From Candidatus Kapaibacterium sp. (GTDB taxonomy: Bacteria > Bacteroidota > Ignavibacteria > Kapaibacteriales > UBA2268), in contig OY762428.1 of the NCBI GenBank assembly GCA_963665665.1, positions 1,760,001 to 1,824,000 on the forward strand: a stretch of 64,000 bases of DNA, in the 5' to 3' direction. Below are positions 59,927 to 64,000 of this stretch, one piece after another. How positions within the stretch are numbered: the first letter of the stretch is position 1; every line of letters begins with the position of its first letter. Both the position numbers and the translations under genes were made by a program. Below the pieces are notes generated by a model that saw only the letters and a program-made list of their open reading frames with translations, was not told the origin of the DNA and did not search any database.

Positions 59927-61378
59927 ATGGCTGAAATGACAAATAAAGAAAGAATGAAAATCCCCCGCCACCACATGGCAGAGCAGGATCCGAATAAAAG
60001 AAATAAGAATTTCGAAGAAGTAAACCTTGGTTACGACGAAGCAACTGCTATGGCTGAAGCCGACAGGTGTATCCGCTGCAAGAAACCTCTTTGCATTGCA
60101 GGATGCCCCGTGGCAGTGAAGATTCCCGACTTTATAAAAATGGTTTCCGACGGTAAATTCAAGGAAGCTGCAGCAATCCTTAAAGAAGACAACGCACTAC
60201 CCGCAGTTTGCGGCCGCGTTTGTCCTCAGGAAGAACAGTGCGAGCAGGTTTGCGTGGTTGGTAAGAAACACGAACCGGTTGCTATAGGCTATCTGGAAAG
60301 ATTTGTTGCCGACTGGGAAAGAAAAAATGTCGGTATTCAGGTTCCTAAGATCGGCGAGAAAACAGGCAAGAAAGTCGCAATCGTTGGCGGCGGCCCGGCA
60401 GGACTTAGTTGCGCAGGCGACCTTATCCAGATGGGACACGACGTAACGGTATTCGAAGCCCTTCATTCTATCGGCGGCGTGCTGGTTTACGGTATCCCGG
60501 AATTCAGGCTGCCTAAGGAAATAGTTCAGGCCGAAGTTGACGCCCTGGAAAAAGCAGGAGTTAAATTCGAAACAAATTATGTTGTGGGAATGATCGAAAC
60601 AGTTGACGAACTTCTTGAAGAATACGATGCTGTATTCGTTGGTGTGGGAGCAGGGCTTCCCTACTTCCTGAATATTCCCGGCGAACACCTGAACGGCGTT
60701 TACTCTTCAAATGAGTTCCTTACCCGTGTAAACCTGATGAAAGCATACAGCTTCCCGAATACCGACACTCCCATGTTCAACCTTGTTGATAAGGAAGTAG
60801 TTGTGTTTGGAGGCGGTAACACTGCTATGGATGCCGTAAGGACATCGCTCAGGCTAGGCGCTAAGCGCGCGATTATTGCCTACCGCAGGACAGAAAAAGA
60901 AATGCCTGCAAGGATTGAAGAAATCAAACACGCCAAAGAAGAAGGCGTTGAATTCATGCTCCTGGTATCACCACTGGAATTCCTCGGCAATGAAGACCAC
61001 AGGCTTCGCGCTATAAAACTTCAGAAAATGGAACTTGGCGAACCGGACGCTTCAGGGCGCCGCCGTCCCGTTCCGATCGATGGCGCTATCGAAGAAATCC
61101 CCGTTCAGGCTGCTGTTGTTGCTATCGGCAACGGATCGAACCCGATCATCAGCCAGACAACACCCGACCTGAAAGTGAACAAATGGGGTAATATCCTTGT
61201 GGATGATAAAACTATGAAATCCAATAAGAAGGGCGTTTTTGCCGGAGGCGACATCGTTACGGGCGGCGCCACGGTTATCCTTGCTATGGGCGCAGGCCGC
61301 ACAGCCGCCGCAGCTATAGACGAATACCTGAAAAACCCCGACACATGGGAAGAAAAAGAAGAAGAAACTGCTGAATAA
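59927..61378 (+). CDS. nfnB: NfnB/SudA large subunit (GltD-like)
   Basis: EA.RC..C..P.C..GCP, PAVCGRVCPQEEQCE..C, VGGGPAG, YGIPEFRLPK, GGGNTAMD, YRR, FAGGDIVTG.ATVILAMG.G; 3 nt after nfnA. Confidence 0.9.
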   Translation: MAEMTNKERMKIPRHHMAEQDPNKRNKNFEEVNLGYDEATAMAEADRCIRCKKPLCIAGCPVAVKIPDFIKMVSDGKFKEAAAILKEDNALPAVCGRVCPQEEQCEQVCVVGKKHEPVAIGYLERFVADWERKNVGIQVPKIGEKTGKKVAIVGGGPAGLSCAGDLIQMGHDVTVFEALHSIGGVLVYGIPEFRLPKEIVQAEVDALEKAGVKFETNYVVGMIETVDELLEEYDAVFVGVGAGLPYFLNIPGEHLNGVYSSNEFLTRVNLMKAYSFPNTDTPMFNLVDKEVVVFGGGNTAMDAVRTSLRLGAKRAIIAYRRTEKEMPARIEEIKHAKEEGVEFMLLVSPLEFLGNEDHRLRAIKLQKMELGEPDASGRRRPVPIDGAIEEIPVQAAVVAIGNGSNPIISQTTPDLKVNKWGNILVDDKTMKSNKKGVFAGGDIVTGGATVILAMGAGRTAAAAIDEYLKNPDTWEEKEEETAE

Positions 61379-61400
61379 TATTTCAGCATAATATATTTGA

Positions 61401-61428
61401 AAAACCCGGCCAAGGCCGGGTTTTTTTT
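61401..61428 (+). terminator. Intrinsic terminator
   Basis: AAAACCCGGCC-AA-GGCCGGGTTTTTTTT. Confidence 0.85.
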
Positions 61429-61491
61429 GCTATAAATGGTTTTATTAGTATATTATAAAATGTTCAACAGTTCTTTGGTATTTATATTCTT

Positions 61492-61645
61492 AGCTCCGTA
61501 GGAGCGAAATTTTTGTAGTAATGTGATTTAAGAAATTAAATAAAACTCCGTTGAAGTGACACCAAACATTTTCTATGCCGCCCCTACGGGGCTTATACAT
61601 ATCATTGGGTAATAAACACTACAAAAATGCCGCAGCTACGCTGCT
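61492..61645. mobile_element. Non-autonomous (tnpA-less) copy of the IS200-like element
   Basis: Left-end block and right-end block as in 61731-62341, joined by ~13 nt instead of tnpA. Confidence 0.8.
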
Positions 61646-61730
61646 GTTGGAATATTAGAAACCCTTTGAAATAAAATAAAATATGTTTAAATTTAGGGCA
61701 AGTAATCAGCTCTTTTTGAATTGTATTCCA

Positions 61731-62341
61731 AGCTCCGTAGGAGCGAAATTTTTGTAGAAAAAGGATATAAGAAATTAAACAAAACTCCGTAGGAGTGACA
61801 TATCATGGCTAATAAATACACACAACTTCTTGTTCAATTGGTTTTTGCTGTTAACGGGCGGGAATGTATGGTAAGAGAAAGAGTGCGTCCTGAAGTTGAA
61901 AAATATATTATGGGTATAATCAAAAACAATTCTCATAGTCCTTTATCAATCTTTTGTATGCCGGAACATATCCATATTTTACTTGGCCTTAATCCAAATC
62001 AGTCAGTAGCAGAAATTGTTAGGTTAATTAAAGCAAACAGTTCAAAATGGATAAATGATAAAAAGTTGATACCATTTAAATTCAGTTGGCAGGAAGGATA
62101 TGGCGCTTTCAGTTATTCCAGAAGTCATTTGGACAGAGTTGTTAATTATATTCTGAATCAGCCGAAACATCATAGAAAAAAGACATTTAGAGAGGAGTAT
62201 ATCGAGTTTTTACAAAAATATGATGTTGTTCATGAAACTAATTATCTATTTAACTGGCTGGATTGATTCTATGCCGCCCCTACGGGGCTTATAAATGTCA
62301 TTGGGTAATAAGTACTACAAAAATGCCGCAGCTACGCTGCT
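61731..62341 (+). mobile_element. IS200-like / REP-associated Y1 transposase element with hairpin-bearing ends
   Basis: Left: AGCTCCGTAGGAGC and ACTCCGTAGGAGT hairpins; right: GCCCCTACGGGGC and GCAGCTACGCTGC hairpins; tnpA in between. Confidence 0.85.
61805..62266 (+). CDS. tnpA: IS200/IS605-family HUH (Y1) transposase
   Basis: MPEHIHILL (HUH), IKANSSKWIN, FSWQEGYGAFSYS, YILNQ..HH (catalytic Tyr-x3-Gln). Confidence 0.93.
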   Translation: MANKYTQLLVQLVFAVNGRECMVRERVRPEVEKYIMGIIKNNSHSPLSIFCMPEHIHILLGLNPNQSVAEIVRLIKANSSKWINDKKLIPFKFSWQEGYGAFSYSRSHLDRVVNYILNQPKHHRKKTFREEYIEFLQKYDVVHETNYLFNWLD

Positions 62342-62436
62342 GTTGGGATTTTAAATATAAATGAAGAAGAAAAAGAGGTTAAGAGAAAAACTTTTGATAT
62401 AGATACAGAATTTGTCCTATTTAAATTGAAAATATT

Positions 62437-62880
62437 TTGGATTTGTTCATGAATGGAAACTTTTATTATTATATTTTTTATCGATATTTAACAGGTTGGC
62501 TTATAAGAAAAAAAGTCGTTGGATATAATGAAATTAATTCAGGGCTTTTCTCTACTGTATTAAAAATATATATGCTCCAAGGTTTTATTTTATCAATAAT
62601 TATTTTTTCTTTAATTCTTATAGGCATTGATTTAACATTTTATATTAAGAAACTTGGTGAAACTTTATGGTTGGCTATTGTTATGCCAATCTATTTTTTG
62701 CAATACTTTTTTTTCAATTATAATCGTAGAGCTGAAAAGATTTATCATTTTTACAAAAACAAGTTAAATGAATCCGAAGAAAGAGAATGGGGTATACAGT
62801 TGATTTTTAATATTTTATTACTTATTACTTTTGTATTCTCAATGACTCTTTTCTTTATTGCAAATGCACTTTATACATGA
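62437..62880 (+). CDS. Hypothetical membrane protein, very AT-rich
   Basis: About three hydrophobic helices; start uncertain (TTG 62437 or the following in-frame ATG). Confidence 0.55.
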   Translation: MDLFMNGNFYYYIFYRYLTGWLIRKKVVGYNEINSGLFSTVLKIYMLQGFILSIIIFSLILIGIDLTFYIKKLGETLWLAIVMPIYFLQYFFFNYNRRAEKIYHFYKNKLNESEEREWGIQLIFNILLLITFVFSMTLFFIANALYT

Positions 62881-62976
62881 CTAATATTTTTATTGGAAGA
62901 AATTTAATTTCATTTTACATAAGATAGATTATACTGCAAAATCCGGGAGGTTTTCGGCTATTTACTTCTTTTTTTT

Positions 62977-63240
62977 CTAAGATATTAGGTTCAAAATATC
63001 TTTTTTCAATTCTTCAGGGTTTTCCTGTACAAATACCGGAATTTTATATTTGGCAAGCAGTTCCATAAACTCAATTCTTGTAATTCCCAAAACCCGGGCC
63101 GCCGTCCCGGAAGAAACCCGGCCAGATTCAAAAAGTTTAACCAATGAGTTTATCTTTATTTCCATTTCAAACTCTTCGCTATTCAATTGCAAAGAGTCTG
63201 CAAGAAATTTCGGATATTTTATATTTATCATTCCTTCCAT
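62977..63240 (-). CDS. UPF0175-family protein (antitoxin-like HTH)
   Basis: VKLFESGRVSSGTAARVLGITRIEFMELLAKY.IP.....EEL..D; ATG 63240 preferred. Confidence 0.8.
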   Translation of the reverse strand: MEGMINIKYPKFLADSLQLNSEEFEMEIKINSLVKLFESGRVSSGTAARVLGITRIEFMELLAKYKIPVFVQENPEELKKDILNLIS

Positions 63241-63419
63241 ATTAATCTCATTTTTTAATATCATCTCTAAATATTATGATACAAAATATTTAGATTTATT
63301 GCAATAACTGATTTTATTCATTAATTTATAAATCAATCAGTTCTTTGGTATTTCACGTTAACCTTCGGAAGGTTTGTGTTTTATATCGCCCTTATTATCA
63401 ACGGCATGTTTATAAAAAC

Positions 63420-63680
63420 AGCTCCGTAGGAGTGACACCAAACATTTTCTATGTCGCTCCTACGGGGCTTATACATATCATTGGGTAATAAACACTACAA
63501 AAATGCCGCAGCTACGCTGCTGTTGGGAACAATTATAAAAATTTGAAATGATAATAAATATGTTTAATTTAGGGTAAGAAATCAGCTCTTTTTGAATTAT
63601 ATTCTTAGCTCCGTAGGAGCGGAATTTTTGTAGAAAAAGGTCACTAGAATACAAATATGAAAAATTCCACTCCTACGGAG
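63420..63680. repeat. Further REP-like copies of the IS200-like element ends
   Basis: 63420-63640 closely repeats 61545-61765, including the AT-rich linker; additional inverted pair AGCTCCGTAGGAGC (63607) / ACTCCTACGGAG (63669). Confidence 0.85.
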
Positions 63681-63740
63681 ATGAGGAAAGATCTCAAAAA
63701 CAATTAAGGTATTGGATATCTGAAGAAAATGTAAGAAACT

Positions 63741-63769
63741 CATCGGATGACAGGCAGTCATCCGATGAG
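63741..63769. repeat. Perfect palindromic hairpin (REP-like, or terminator for the minus-strand gene)
   Basis: CTCATCGGATGAC-AGGCA-GTCATCCGATGAG. Confidence 0.6.
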
Positions 63770-63797
63770 CAGATATTTGGTCAATCGTAAATAAATT

Positions 63798-63998
63798 TCA
63801 GCGATAATACAGGTTGTCGTATGCTTTTTCTTTGTCCAAATGTATTGGCATTTTTAGTTTCGCCAGGTCAATTCCCGGGCTCAACCCCTGCGGAAATCGG
63901 CAATACATATTAACAATATCCCATTCTATTCCGGTATAATAATCGTCGTGGCTCATATCATAGCGGTTCAGCATTGATTCCGAACTTGACGCCCCTAT
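63798..63998 (-). CDS. 3' end of an unidentified gene running off the window
   Basis: Open minus-strand frame from the window edge: ...IGASSSESMLNRYDMSHDDYYTGIEWDIVNMYCRFPQGLSPGIDLAKLKMPIHLDKEKAYDNLYYR*. Confidence 0.5.
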   Translation of the reverse strand: MGASSSESMLNRYDMSHDDYYTGIEWDIVNMYCRFPQGLSPGIDLAKLKMPIHLDKEKAYDNLYYR

Positions 63999-64000
63999 CC

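Noticed and set aside
59927-61378. Glutamate synthase small subunit (gltD/gltA label)
   Set aside because: It is paired with an NfnA-type gene and there is no gltB; NfnB fits better.

Overview
Chromosomal window from an AT-rich FCB-group bacterium; many type IX secretion (T9SS) cargo proteins and IgGFc-binding-domain proteins suggest a Kapabacteria/Ignavibacteria-like lineage (inference). Housekeeping genes are mreBCD, rpmH-rnpA-yidD-yidC, an isolated ccmB, mscS, a peroxiredoxin, two GT2 glycosyltransferases and the electron-bifurcating nfnAB pair. An accessory stretch at 1-7 kb holds methyltransferases, HNH, VanW, YhcG/DUF1016, a truncated KilA-N gene and a MazF-type toxin-antitoxin pair. 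Three loci stand out. (1) At 27.0-29.8 kb, a Gly-rich protein with a double-glycine-type leader and a mirror-symmetric core is transcribed divergently from two signal-less chaperone-like genes: a PpiC-type foldase and a protein built from four tandem copies of the foldase's N-terminal helical module. (2) At 14.9-17.8 kb, a tandemly duplicated ~1.4 kb non-coding unit contains two mutually inverted 21-bp-period arrays, next to a decayed IS21. (3) An IS200-like Y1 transposase has REP-like hairpin ends with compensatory changes; transposase-free copies of those ends bracket cargo genes elsewhere in the window. No rRNA, tRNA or CRISPR array was recognised. All family assignments come from motif recognition by eye; no database search was run.
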